Source: a virus. From it: a stretch of DNA of 46,830 bases. Numbering within the stretch: the first letter of the stretch is position 1; the number at the start of each line of letters is the position of its first letter. Below are positions 26,418 to 35,841 of the stretch, one piece after another. The DNA is taken from the UHGV virus genome UHGV-0255373; one strand, 5' to 3'. Position numbers and translations under genes: made by a program. The notes below the pieces were generated by a model. It searched no databases. It was given only the letters and a program-made list of their open reading frames with translations, and was not told the origin of the DNA.

Positions 26418-28822
26418 CCGTTTTTGCAGTAATTTTCTATATCATTTCTATATTCTTGGGCACACTTTGAAAATTCTTTCTTAAATGCTCGCATGTTGCT
26501 TTTGTATGTATAGCCGTTACGCGCCGACCATGAAGAATATAATGAATATAATCCCTGATTAGTGAGTTCGCTTACTTCGCGATAAACAGTATTGCAGTCG
26601 CTGTCTAATTCTTCAATAGTCCAGTTGAACTCCTTGGTAAAAAGCACGATAGGATTTGCTGTCTCCTTGTATTCTTCCATCTGTTCCTTCTGATCGTCGG
26701 GAATCGTAAACTTACCATTATGTTTTAGTTTTTTATATCCCTCATATACCCAGTTGAATATACCTGACAGATTTTCAGATGTTTGTAATTTAGCTTCGAT
26801 ATTTCTATCTGCGCTACGTTCATTTTCATTTACTGGGTTGTCTGTAAATTTAAATGGAAACTTTAAAATAAGCATTCTTCGCGTAAATCCATCTGTTAAG
26901 TCGCGGGATTTTGGCAGTTCGTTACATCCAAAGAATAATTTGCACCGAGGCTTGAACTGGATAAAGTCCTTGCCTTTGTAACAAGCCTGGATCGGATCTC
27001 CGGCAACAACTGATTTGAAATTGGTTTCCGCCCCCTTGGAATCTGTCTTAGTTTCGTTAGAAACATTTATCAGTTTACCCATCAGGTAGATGAGCTGAAA
27101 TTTATCATTGAACGCTGTAAGCTCTACATTAGATACATTCGAAGCACCGCCAAATACACGCTGTATTGTGTTTAGATATACTGATTTACCATTAGCTCCA
27201 TTCCCTACTAAGTAAAGTGCTGACTGTAATATGTTTGTTGAATATAAAGCGTACCCCGAATATTCCTGAAGCAGTTGGATTTTCTTGGGATCATCGAAAA
27301 TTGAATTGATGAATTTATCCCAGTCACTTGAATGAGCATTTGGATTGTACGGATAAGGCAGTTCATATGATAAAAAATCATTTTCGTTATGCTCACGTAA
27401 ATTTCCAGTTTCGATTTCAAATGTACCATTAACGAAATTGATAAGCGGTTTCTCATTAGGAATTTTATCCGTAACTGTATCTGCCTTTATTAACCCTAAA
27501 ACTGAGTTTAATTTAGATAATGTACGTACTGAACTGTATTCCTGACCGATATATTTACGACACTGTTCATCAGTTATTGACTGCCAGTATCGCCCGTTGT
27601 ATTCCATTATCCCCAATGATGGATTATGTATAAATTTATGTTTTTTCATGACGACCTTTGCTATTTCATCGTCTGTTGATGGTTTTAATGACATAGATTT
27701 TACCTCCTTGATCCACTCTTTTGACGCATCAGGGAAAATTTGATCCCTGATTATAACATCAAATATATCAATAATATCTGTACGTTTTATATAACGCCGA
27801 TTATTAATTATAAAGTTTTCAAAATCTTCCTTATTTTTAAACATTTTAGCTAATGATTTAATACCTTGCTCTGCATCGTTGATTAAAGCAGCTAAATTCC
27901 CACCATCCTGATAGTAGTCTGAAATATCCTTATATTTAGATGGGGGTGTTGATACAATGAACGGTATGTGATAGCTGAATAATTTTTTAGCCATTGAAAC
28001 TGTAAACTGTCCGCCTGATTTATCGTTGTCGAACGTCAATAGGACCTTGTCAAAATTTTTAGCTATCTGTAATATATGTTTTGTTTGTTTTTTTGAAAAA
28101 GTTCCCCCCGCCATACTTAATACAGCGTAGTTTTCCTGATAGAACGATAAATAATCAAACGCTCCCTCGGCTAAAACGAGTACCGATTTATCACGGTTTA
28201 GTGTATCTAATCCAAAAATGTCATTTTCATTGAATCCGTCTAAATACGGTTTTTTATACTTGGGATTGGTTTTTGTTACCTCACCCATCGTTCTACCGCA
28301 GTAATAACATATATATCCGTTCTTCCACATAGGAATTATTAATCGATTTTCATCGAAATTAAATCCGATTTTTAATTTATTTATGGTTTCATCGTTGATT
28401 TTGCGATTATGTAAATATTTACGGTGTTCATCAGTTAAATTTTTATGCCATGCTTCGACTTTATTACATAGATTTTGTGCGTACTCTTTCCATTTTTCGG
28501 AATACTCGCTATTAGGTAATGGTATGCCGGTATATTCACTAAGAAATTTTATCGCCTGACCGCGATCTCCGTCATAGCTGTGTAATGCTAACAGATCAAT
28601 AACATCACCGCCCTGAGCATCTGAAAATGAATACCAGTAATCATCGTTGATAGCGACCGAATTAGGGTTCGACCCGCTGTGTAAGAAACTAGGACACCTA
28701 TCCCCCGAATTTTTAATAGGAAGTCCACAAACAGAAGAAGCTATCGCAACGCATGACGTAGCGTTTTTAATAGCCTCAAGGGTCACTTTAAATTCATTGT
28801 TATCGTTTGGCATTACGTACAA
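26387..28822 (-). CDS. Primase-helicase (zinc finger, Toprim, P4/D5-like SF3 helicase)
   Basis: CPSFLH, EGAFD, FDNDKSG, KDISD, GNGANGKS. Confidence 0.92.
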   Translation of the reverse strand: MYVMPNDNNEFKVTLEAIKNATSCVAIASSVCGLPIKNSGDRCPSFLHSGSNPNSVAINDDYWYSFSDAQGGDVIDLLALHSYDGDRGQAIKFLSEYTGIPLPNSEYSEKWKEYAQNLCNKVEAWHKNLTDEHRKYLHNRKINDETINKLKIGFNFDENRLIIPMWKNGYICYYCGRTMGEVTKTNPKYKKPYLDGFNENDIFGLDTLNRDKSVLVLAEGAFDYLSFYQENYAVLSMAGGTFSKKQTKHILQIAKNFDKVLLTFDNDKSGGQFTVSMAKKLFSYHIPFIVSTPPSKYKDISDYYQDGGNLAALINDAEQGIKSLAKMFKNKEDFENFIINNRRYIKRTDIIDIFDVIIRDQIFPDASKEWIKEVKSMSLKPSTDDEIAKVVMKKHKFIHNPSLGIMEYNGRYWQSITDEQCRKYIGQEYSSVRTLSKLNSVLGLIKADTVTDKIPNEKPLINFVNGTFEIETGNLREHNENDFLSYELPYPYNPNAHSSDWDKFINSIFDDPKKIQLLQEYSGYALYSTNILQSALYLVGNGANGKSVYLNTIQRVFGGASNVSNVELTAFNDKFQLIYLMGKLINVSNETKTDSKGAETNFKSVVAGDPIQACYKGKDFIQFKPRCKLFFGCNELPKSRDLTDGFTRRMLILKFPFKFTDNPVNENERSADRNIEAKLQTSENLSGIFNWVYEGYKKLKHNGKFTIPDDQKEQMEEYKETANPIVLFTKEFNWTIEELDSDCNTVYREVSELTNQGLYSLYSSWSARNGYTYKSNMRAFKKEFSKCAQEYRNDIENYCKNGVRGIKKVTY

Positions 28823-28940
28823 AAGCCTCTATCTGCTCAGGGGATAAATTTTTATACATTCTGTAAATATAAATTTTTTCAACTGTCTCACAAATGATTA
28901 TCGTTAAAAGAATTATTGTTAGTAAAACAAATATATACAT
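28800..28940 (-). CDS. 46-aa membrane-anchored protein
   Basis: RBS AGGAGG; MYIFVLLTIILLTIIICETVEKIYIYRMYKNLSPEQIEAFVRNAKR. Confidence 0.55.
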   Translation of the reverse strand: MYIFVLLTIILLTIIICETVEKIYIYRMYKNLSPEQIEAFVRNAKR

Positions 28941-28954
28941 TTTTATCTTTCCTC

Positions 28955-29155
28955 CTAAGAAAATAATATTTTAATAGCGCAAATCACTAAAAAGATGCCT
29001 AAAACCCATAATATATTAAATGATAATCCAAAACACATACATATCCCCCATACGATCAGTGCCAGTAGACCAAACTTAATCAATAAAGTAATGATAACTG
29101 CTAAAACAGTTGTGATAAATGTAACCATTCTAATATCCTCAATTTTGTCTTTCAT
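28955..29155 (-). CDS. Small membrane protein
   Basis: Two hydrophobic segments. Confidence 0.6.
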   Translation of the reverse strand: MKDKIEDIRMVTFITTVLAVIITLLIKFGLLALIVWGICMCFGLSFNILWVLGIFLVICAIKILFS

Positions 29156-29612
29156 GATTTATTTTATTTTTCTTTAAATACATTTCGTAAATCTCATCCC
29201 ATGTAAAACCAAAACGATGTCCTAAAGCAAACAATTTTTTAATCGAATAATCAAACCCCGACATTGATGCAATCGTTATTAACTCTGTGAATATATTGTC
29301 ACGACTGTATGGATCACTATCAGGAAAACAATCATTATACGTGAAATTAATATCAATTTCGTTATAATTAAGTAAGCTTACTGCAAAGTGCAGACAGTCA
29401 ACATATTCCTCTAAAGCCTTTTCTTTATTGTCTACAGCCGATTTCTTCCAGTGTTTAAAGTATGTTGGAAGTTCATTCATCAGCTCGCCTAGCTCAACGA
29501 ATAGAGCTATACTCATTTTATTTTCAGGATATTCATTACCATTTAAAATACGTGTATCTAAAATAGTTTGTTGTTTTCTTATATACTCAAATTGTTCTTT
29601 AAATTTATTCAT
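29139..29612 (-). CDS. Dimeric dUTPase
   Basis: ALFVELGELMNE...FKHWK...LEEYVDCLHF...KNKINHERQ. Confidence 0.9.
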   Translation of the reverse strand: MNKFKEQFEYIRKQQTILDTRILNGNEYPENKMSIALFVELGELMNELPTYFKHWKKSAVDNKEKALEEYVDCLHFAVSLLNYNEIDINFTYNDCFPDSDPYSRDNIFTELITIASMSGFDYSIKKLFALGHRFGFTWDEIYEMYLKKNKINHERQN

Positions 29613-30250
29613 TATATTCCTCCTAAATAATTAGCACATTGCACTGGGAAGAAACGGTTTTCTTCAAATTTAATATCTAATTTTCTTATTTCTTCTAAAT
29701 TCTTATAAATTCCTAAACAAGTAAAATATTTAACCCCAGTGAACGAACCTACAAAAGGTTTAATAACATATAAACATTCTTTTGCTACATTATCCCAAAC
29801 CCACATATTAGGCTTTAAATCTTCAAATTTGTATGGTTTAGGATTATAGACATCGCTCAATTCACAATCTAATGAATGAATTGTTCTTTCTAGTTCATCA
29901 TTCGAATCACTTAATTCTTTTGCTTTATCAATGCAGTTTTTTAATTGCTCATCGCAAGCTTCCCAATTATGATATAGCATCTTAATATAGTCTATTAATT
30001 CAACTTTCGTTAGATTTTTTAAAGTGCTATCGCTATGTAGCTTAGAGTGCTTAAATTCCGATGTATTTTCTTTTGGTTCAAAATGTTCATCGATAACTTC
30101 TCTTATTAAAATACTTTCCTTGGTGTTCTCTACACATTTCCAAGGATTGATTTTATCATCAAAACATTCACACGTTTTACAATCTTTATTAACTTTCGCC
30201 CCACATTGTATTCTACATAATGCTTTTAAACATTCTTCTCTACTCGTCAT
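29612..30250 (-). CDS. Hypothetical mosaic protein
   Basis: ORF track; coupled operon. Confidence 0.6.
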   Translation of the reverse strand: MTSREECLKALCRIQCGAKVNKDCKTCECFDDKINPWKCVENTKESILIREVIDEHFEPKENTSEFKHSKLHSDSTLKNLTKVELIDYIKMLYHNWEACDEQLKNCIDKAKELSDSNDELERTIHSLDCELSDVYNPKPYKFEDLKPNMWVWDNVAKECLYVIKPFVGSFTGVKYFTCLGIYKNLEEIRKLDIKFEENRFFPVQCANYLGGI

Positions 30251-30521
30251 CTTCTATACACCACTCTTTCCATTCTTCTTTTGTCATTACTTCATTACTA
30301 TCTCCAATATTGTATTCGACTAAACGGTCATCAAATGTTTCTAATTCTTCACACGCTTTATCTAGCGCTTTTTCTAATCTCATACAATAAGAAATAACTC
30401 TAACTAATTCCGCCACATTTTCATCTCTAAAAGGATTTATATTGCAAGATAATTTTTGTAATGCTTTGGAAGCTTTGACTTTATCGAACTTCCAATCTTG
30501 TTCATTTTCCATCAAATCCAC
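30240..30521 (-). CDS. Hypothetical protein
   Basis: LEKALDKACEEL motif; coupled operon. Confidence 0.6.
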   Translation of the reverse strand: MDLMENEQDWKFDKVKASKALQKLSCNINPFRDENVAELVRVISYCMRLEKALDKACEELETFDDRLVEYNIGDSNEVMTKEEWKEWCIEDDE

Positions 30522-30766
30522 CCCTTAGCCACAAATATTTCAAATGCTTCTCTAGGCGATAAACATTGCTTTCCGCTCTCCTCAATCGCTTTATAGATAT
30601 GGTTGCAATCAACGATACGACCCAATCCAAACTTACCTCTAAATAGCGTACTTGCTATTACATATTTTTCCTTAATGCCTCTATACAACATACAATCAGA
30701 ACATAATTCATCTAATAAAAGAATTAACTCTGTTTCTAATTTTAATTGCTCTTCCTTACTCAACAT
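30512..30766 (-). CDS. Hypothetical protein
   Basis: ORF track; coupled operon. Confidence 0.6.
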   Translation of the reverse strand: MLSKEEQLKLETELILLLDELCSDCMLYRGIKEKYVIASTLFRGKFGLGRIVDCNHIYKAIEESGKQCLSPREAFEIFVAKGWI

Positions 30767-31037
30767 TTTCTTTCACCTCTTCATTAATAAGTGAGTAGTC
30801 AATATCATGTGTTTCTTCAAATTCAAATGTTTTGTTATCATCAACAAATAATACTTTAAAACCTTCATCAGATAATTCTTCAATCAATGTTTGGTAATCA
30901 TTGTATGAATTTTCATATTTATCTAAAATACAATCAAATTCATATAATCTGCCTTCTGGAACAACTACATTTATAAATACATTTCTTCTATATTTTTCTG
31001 TAATTTGCAGTCTTAATTTATTTTCCATCAAATCCAC
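30756..31037 (-). CDS. Acidic hypothetical protein
   Basis: ORF track; coupled operon. Confidence 0.6.
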   Translation of the reverse strand: MDLMENKLRLQITEKYRRNVFINVVVPEGRLYEFDCILDKYENSYNDYQTLIEELSDEGFKVLFVDDNKTFEFEETHDIDYSLINEEVKENVE

Positions 31038-31240
31038 CCCAGTTCTTTTAATTGCGTTGTTATTGCATTATGTATTTCTAAATTAATATAACAACATCCA
31101 AAGACACCGTATTCTTTATCGTGTTCATAAAACGAAATCTTGCAATCAATATTTCTGTTCGTCCATATTATTATTTCACCATCGTTGTATATTGTTGTAT
31201 AAAATCCTAATTCCTCAAACATTTCTTTAGCACTCATCAT
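31028..31240 (-). CDS. Hypothetical protein
   Basis: SAKEMFEELG...KELGW. Confidence 0.6.
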   Translation of the reverse strand: MMSAKEMFEELGFYTTIYNDGEIIIWTNRNIDCKISFYEHDKEYGVFGCCYINLEIHNAITTQLKELGWI

Positions 31241-31563
31241 CTTTCACCCCAGTTCAAAACTTGTTGACACTCTAAGCAACATTTATTTTTAATTGGATAG
31301 TCATAATCAAAATTATAAGGCAAAGGTTCTCCACAATTAGGACAATTATAAAATTCTTCTTCATTATCCCATTCTTCTTCTGGTTCGCAACAAACACGTA
31401 CAGGCTTTTTAGGCGTTGCTTTATCAACTAATTCTTGTAATAATATACGATCCATTACAATTAGATCACAGTTACAATTGCCTTTTTCATCGAAATAATT
31501 ATTTTCACAAAGTCTATCTAACGCTTCTTGATATTTATTTTCCATCTTCATCACTCCAATCAA
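31237..31563 (-). CDS. Zinc-ribbon protein
   Basis: CPNCG...CLECQQ. Confidence 0.65.
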   Translation of the reverse strand: MIGVMKMENKYQEALDRLCENNYFDEKGNCNCDLIVMDRILLQELVDKATPKKPVRVCCEPEEEWDNEEEFYNCPNCGEPLPYNFDYDYPIKNKCCLECQQVLNWGER

Positions 31564-31807
31564 AAGCTTGACTACATCTATTGCAAAAATTATTTAATCC
31601 TTGGTGACCATGATGTACCATCGAACTATTAAACATAGTTTCTATATCATCGCTATCAGTTGATACATCATCATCAGTGAACTCAATTATATGTAATCCG
31701 CATGATGGACAAATACACCCATACACATTTACATTTTTATAATGATCATACCCTATATCTTCATAAATAATTTTTTTAGGCGTTGCTTTATCAACTAATT
31801 CTTGTAA
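31406..31807. repeat. 35-bp direct repeat shared by tandem paralogues
   Basis: TTTTTAGGCGTTGCTTTATCAACTAATTCTTGTAA at 31406-31440 and 31773-31807 (LQELVDKATPKK). Confidence 0.88.
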
Positions 31808-31909
31808 AGTATCAAAATCTTTACTATATAAATTTTTATATGTTTTATAATCAATTTGTCTAGCAAGTGTATTAACTATATTGTCTTTTGCTTCTTGATA
31901 TTTACTCAT
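31535..31909 (-). CDS. Zinc-ribbon protein, paralogue of 31237..31563
   Basis: CPSCG...CNRCSQ. Confidence 0.65.
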   Translation of the reverse strand: MSKYQEAKDNIVNTLARQIDYKTYKNLYSKDFDTLQELVDKATPKKIIYEDIGYDHYKNVNVYGCICPSCGLHIIEFTDDDVSTDSDDIETMFNSSMVHHGHQGLNNFCNRCSQAFDWSDEDGK

Positions 31910-32184
31910 ACTTCCACCTCATTATTATAAAATTGGTTTGCAATTTCCTTTTTAACATCTTCGAGATCAATAGTTACTTTTACATTTTCACTAATATATA
32001 TATCTCTTAAATCTCTTTTTCTAATCATTGGTGCAGCACAATCAGCTTTCATATCCATAGCATAATCCGCATGATGTTGTAGTGGCAATTCAGCTAATGC
32101 ACAAGCTACCATTCTTTTATAATTACAAATGCTTCGTTTTTTACACACTTTACATTTTGTTGCTAACATTGTTAAAAATCTCAT
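31906..32184 (-). CDS. Hypothetical Cys-rich protein
   Basis: ORF track. Confidence 0.55.
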   Translation of the reverse strand: MRFLTMLATKCKVCKKRSICNYKRMVACALAELPLQHHADYAMDMKADCAAPMIRKRDLRDIYISENVKVTIDLEDVKKEIANQFYNNEVEV

Positions 32185-32187
32185 TAT

Positions 32188-32511
32188 TTAAACCTCGTCG
32201 TCATCGATTATTATAATATCTTGTGGCATTTGAAATACATTATTGCTATGTGTCACAATGCTTCCTCCCCATTCTTCGCCATAGTTGCGATTCCAAAATT
32301 CACTTTTGTTACTTTCAATATGTTCTTGTATCATATCCAATACTTTGACTGCTTTTTCTTTATTATCATATTTACCTAACATATTTGACTCATCGCTACA
32401 AGTACACCCATATATTTCAAAGTCACCATTGTAACTATCTTCTATATAAATATCCATAAATATAGCTAATTGACATTGATCTTGACTTCTAATCCAAATT
32501 CCCATCTTCAA
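32188..32511 (-). CDS. Hypothetical phage protein
   Basis: IWIRSQD...LGKY...A.KVLD.I...FQMP. Confidence 0.65.
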   Translation of the reverse strand: MKMGIWIRSQDQCQLAIFMDIYIEDSYNGDFEIYGCTCSDESNMLGKYDNKEKAVKVLDMIQEHIESNKSEFWNRNYGEEWGGSIVTHSNNVFQMPQDIIIIDDDEV

Positions 32512-32950
32512 TTACCTCACAGTTGCTTAATATTTCATCGATGTTGTATGGTTCTTCATCTTCCCATTTAACAAATTTAAATAAACTATCTAAAATCCTA
32601 CAACAATCTTTGCTAGCAACAATCCATTCATCCAACGACTTGAAAGGTTTATTTTTATACAAAAACAATCTATTATCTTTATCTCTTGTAATAAAATTGT
32701 ATCCATTCTCTTTAGCAACTTTTAAATATTCATATTCAAATCGAGTAAGTTTAATCGGTTCTTTATATTCTTCTAATAAGTTTAACAATGATAGCCTTAA
32801 ACACTCTGAACATACTAATCCACTGCAATTGTGTTTGTTAACACTGGAATTTGTTGTAATTCGATGTAACCAGCAAGAGAGAATCTCATCAGCAGTAACA
32901 TCTGTATCAAAATTTTTAATCTTTTCTTTAATCTTTTCTATCTTTAACAT
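32489..32950 (-). CDS. Hypothetical phage protein
   Basis: ITRDKD...FKFVKWEDEEP. Confidence 0.65.
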   Translation of the reverse strand: MLKIEKIKEKIKNFDTDVTADEILSCWLHRITTNSSVNKHNCSGLVCSECLRLSLLNLLEEYKEPIKLTRFEYEYLKVAKENGYNFITRDKDNRLFLYKNKPFKSLDEWIVASKDCCRILDSLFKFVKWEDEEPYNIDEILSNCEVIEDGNLD

Positions 32951-33137
32951 TATTTTTGTTCTCCTTAAATTTATTGTTCCAATACTTTTTATTATTAAGA
33001 TAGTTAGACATACAGCTGTAGCTACAGAATGTATAATTGCCCCTTCTATAAGCCCATTCTTTCATGTAGATGCTTACGTATGTCTTACCACATATAGGAC
33101 ATTTTCTTTCTTCAATACGATTAATTTTTCCCGACAT
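32928..33137 (-). CDS. Treble-clef zinc-finger protein
   Basis: CPICGK...FCSYSC. Confidence 0.6.
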   Translation of the reverse strand: MSGKINRIEERKCPICGKTYVSIYMKEWAYRRGNYTFCSYSCMSNYLNNKKYWNNKFKENKNNVKDRKD

Positions 33138-33444
33138 ATGTATTATAAATTTGTACAGCTTGCTCGACTGATCTAACTACAAACACAAGATGTCCTAACT
33201 TGCGTAACTCCTCGTGGAATTTATCCTGAGCATTTCGAGTTTTACCAGTCTTAGTTTTAATTTCATACCATAATGTCATCCCATTGGGGCATATAATCAT
33301 TAAATCAGGAGTTCCTACTATGCCTATTTTTATAGGTGTCATATTGTTTGTGTAAAAATTTCCTACTTGCATTCTGTAAGGAATAGCACCTAATCGAGAC
33401 ATAGAAACTTCAATCTTATTTTGGATAACTGTTTCAGGATTCAT
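33121..33444 (-). CDS. VRR-NUC domain nuclease
   Basis: E..IQ...GTPDL...EIK...Q. Confidence 0.88.
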   Translation of the reverse strand: MNPETVIQNKIEVSMSRLGAIPYRMQVGNFYTNNMTPIKIGIVGTPDLMIICPNGMTLWYEIKTKTGKTRNAQDKFHEELRKLGHLVFVVRSVEQAVQIYNTYVGKN

Positions 33445-33682
33445 CGGTTACCTCCAATTTAACCGCCTCATATTCATTGCCATTCAATTCTTCTTTAAGC
33501 AATAGTGGGAATCCCAGAATTCTGGGAACATAGTTATTTGCTATCATTTTGTAAGATTGAATCATTTTAATATATGAATACATAGCACGTGAAACATAGA
33601 TAATATATTCACCCTCCTTACCAAGCAATGAATCATAAATTTCATCAACCATATTTTCATAAATACGTCTATTGATTTTCAT
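33434..33682 (-). CDS. Hypothetical protein
   Basis: ORF track. Confidence 0.55.
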   Translation of the reverse strand: MKINRRIYENMVDEIYDSLLGKEGEYIIYVSRAMYSYIKMIQSYKMIANNYVPRILGFPLLLKEELNGNEYEAVKLEVTDES

Positions 33683-33968
33683 GTTTTCTTAACTCTGATA
33701 GAATTTCATCCTTTATAGCGGATATATGGCTTATTATTTCATTAATACACTCTAAATCGTGCGTTCTTATTTCTCGGTTTATAAGTCCTAGGGTTAAATC
33801 ATCAAGTGATTTATAAAAACTAATTGGTTGTAAATATTCTTCATTTGTTTTTTTATTAAATAATATTTTATTTAATATATAGCAGTGTGTATCTGAAGTG
33901 ATTATGTAATTATCATTTATTTTTAACTTCATAATTTTAACTCCTTGTTTCGTACCGAATAACAGCAT
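33669..33968 (-). CDS. Hypothetical protein
   Basis: ORF track; likely start at MKLKIND. Confidence 0.55.
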   Translation of the reverse strand: MLLFGTKQGVKIMKLKINDNYIITSDTHCYILNKILFNKKTNEEYLQPISFYKSLDDLTLGLINREIRTHDLECINEIISHISAIKDEILSELRKHENQ

Positions 33969-34312
33969 TTTAGCCGTAACCCGTGATTGACTGCTTTTAA
34001 CACAGTCGTATAATATACGCCGTACTTTTCCGCAATATCTCTAGTTGTTCCTTCATAAACAATATTATTTCTATCGTCTAACACTTGTAGTGTCTTTGTT
34101 CTTGTTGGAGCATCATAACCATAGTAGTCCAAAAAATTACGATAGCTTTTGAACTTTTTTTCAACAGTTTTTATATCTCCGCCCAACAGAATAAACTCTT
34201 TCTTTGTAGGCGAACGGTAATAACTGTTTAAAAACTCGTCAACAATATTAATATCTTTCATTGTATGGATCACCTCTATTTCCAATTGCATCAAATAAAC
34301 TTTCCTGCTCAT
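33929..34312 (-). CDS. Hypothetical protein with a C-terminal HTH-like motif
   Basis: TTRDIAEKYGVYYTTV. Confidence 0.5.
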   Translation of the reverse strand: MSRKVYLMQLEIEVIHTMKDINIVDEFLNSYYRSPTKKEFILLGGDIKTVEKKFKSYRNFLDYYGYDAPTRTKTLQVLDDRNNIVYEGTTRDIAEKYGVYYTTVLKAVNHGLRLKCCYSVRNKELKL

Positions 34313-34413
34313 ATCTCTTACTAAATTTATTGCAGTGCTTTTTAGTAGGTTGAATTTCCAACCTACTAATCGTACACTTATTTTTTATATTGTGTTTACA
34401 GCACTTGCATATG

Positions 34414-34809
34414 TTATTCATCAGGACTCCACTCCAATCCCAGAACAATATAAGTCGTAGTTTTAAGAAATGGATACTGCTGTTCATAATAGTTTTTAAT
34501 CAAAAAGTTATTACCATCATCACTTAGTTTAAGTATAGAGTTATCAAATAGAGTTATTAAATCTAAATCGTCATCAGTGATTAAAGCTGAATTCATAATC
34601 TTATGGATCATGTAACTGTCTTTTTTATTTATGTAACATAATTCTTTCGCGTTTACTGCCTTGCTTAAAATTCGACTGTTTAAATTACCGATGCAATCAC
34701 TTTCTTTCGTAAGCAGATATCCAGTTTTAATGCCCTTGTAAATCTTGTATTCACCATCTACACAATCAATAACGGTACTGTCTAAAATATCGTTGTCAGC
34801 TTCATACAA
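34414..34809 (-). CDS. Hypothetical protein
   Basis: ORF track. Confidence 0.5.
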   Translation of the reverse strand: MYEADNDILDSTVIDCVDGEYKIYKGIKTGYLLTKESDCIGNLNSRILSKAVNAKELCYINKKDSYMIHKIMNSALITDDDLDLITLFDNSILKLSDDGNNFLIKNYYEQQYPFLKTTTYIVLGLEWSPDE

Positions 34810-34956
34810 GATACCTACATTAAAGTTATAAAAAAAACAATGTATTGTTTTTCTTATATAATCGATAATAGTCCCCGTTTTGTTTTGCTAATTTGCTCAT
34901 TAATTCCACTACTTCATATAAACGACCATCCGTTTTTAAAATGTTTAATTTATCTT

Positions 34957-35199
34957 TCATAATTTTATTCCTTTCAAATATTTCTTTATTTTTTTTCTTT
35001 CTTTTTTATTAACTCCTCTAAACAATGATTTTCTTAATATCTTCTTCTTTTTTCTAGGCATTTTTTTAGATTTATCAAAACTATCCTCTATACAAAATGC
35101 CCTTAATCTATATTGATCTTTAAATGTTGTTACTACTCCCGTACAATCTACATCTATCGAGTAATCAATACCTATTTTTAAACAGTTGCTTACTTTCAT
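34957..35199 (-). CDS. Basic hypothetical protein
   Basis: RBS AGGAG; PRKKKK. Confidence 0.55.
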   Translation of the reverse strand: MKVSNCLKIGIDYSIDVDCTGVVTTFKDQYRLRAFCIEDSFDKSKKMPRKKKKILRKSLFRGVNKKERKKIKKYLKGIKL

Positions 35200-35232
35200 A
35201 TTTATAAATACGCTCCTATATCTGGTCTTAGT

Positions 35233-35463
35233 TTAATTCCCAATACAACGTAATCCTTTTTTTGTATACTCTGGATTATCACAAATATACGTTATCTCTG
35301 CATTAATGTATCTTCCTGTATATCCTTTGTTATCAAATTCTTCTAATACAATTAGATCACCAACTTCAAAACCTCTATCATTAAATCTAATTTCAAATTT
35401 TTTAACTTCCGCTATAACATCTTTAAAATAATTAGGTCTAATCTTTAAATTATGTACATTCAT
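35233..35463 (-). CDS. DUF3850 (ASCH/PUA-like) protein with an apparently frameshifted C-terminus
   Basis: HNLKI.P.YF..V....KKFEIRFNDRGFEVGD...YTGR...ITY. Confidence 0.82.
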   Translation of the reverse strand: MNVHNLKIRPNYFKDVIAEVKKFEIRFNDRGFEVGDLIVLEEFDNKGYTGRYINAEITYICDNPEYTKKGLRCIGN

Positions 35464-35478
35464 TTTTTTACCTTCTTT

Positions 35479-35664
35479 CTATTCATCTTCTACAACATAA
35501 TACTTACCGTCTAATATACCGTTGAATGTCAACCAGCTGGATAAATAGTTATGCCTTATATTTAACAATCTTACTAATTCATCACTGTACATTGAACCGC
35601 ATACTAATGTAATATCGTTAATATCCAACAATAAAAAATGTTGTTTTGGTCTACCCGTTGCCAT
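35479..35664 (-). CDS. Hypothetical protein
   Basis: ORF track. Confidence 0.55.
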   Translation of the reverse strand: MATGRPKQHFLLLDINDITLVCGSMYSDELVRLLNIRHNYLSSWLTFNGILDGKYYVVEDE

Positions 35665-35676
35665 ATTTAAAAGCTC

Positions 35677-35829
35677 CTAGAATAATATAACTTCTTTAAC
35701 TTTTTCTTCTTCTAAAGTTATTTCATCTTTAAAATACTGTTTAATTACATTTTCTGCTTCTACTTTTGTAAAGTTGAATGTTGCCATAAAATATTTAGTT
35801 AATAATTCTTTCTTCCATTCTTCACTCAT
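35677..35829 (-). CDS. 50-aa hypothetical protein
   Basis: RBS AGGAGG; MSEEWKKELLTKYFMATFNF... Confidence 0.55.
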   Translation of the reverse strand: MSEEWKKELLTKYFMATFNFTKVEAENVIKQYFKDEITLEEEKVKEVILF

Positions 35830-35841
35830 TTTTAACTCCTC

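Larger units (their letters stand above)
30504..31040. repeat. 21-bp direct repeat at gene junctions
   Basis: ATTTTCCATCAAATCCACCCC at 30504-30524 and 31020-31040. Confidence 0.85.

Noticed and set aside
32523..33176. 217-aa plus-strand ORF and the other plus-strand ORFs inside tail, TMP, methyltransferase and replication genes
   Set aside because: They overlap well-supported minus-strand genes and show no motifs
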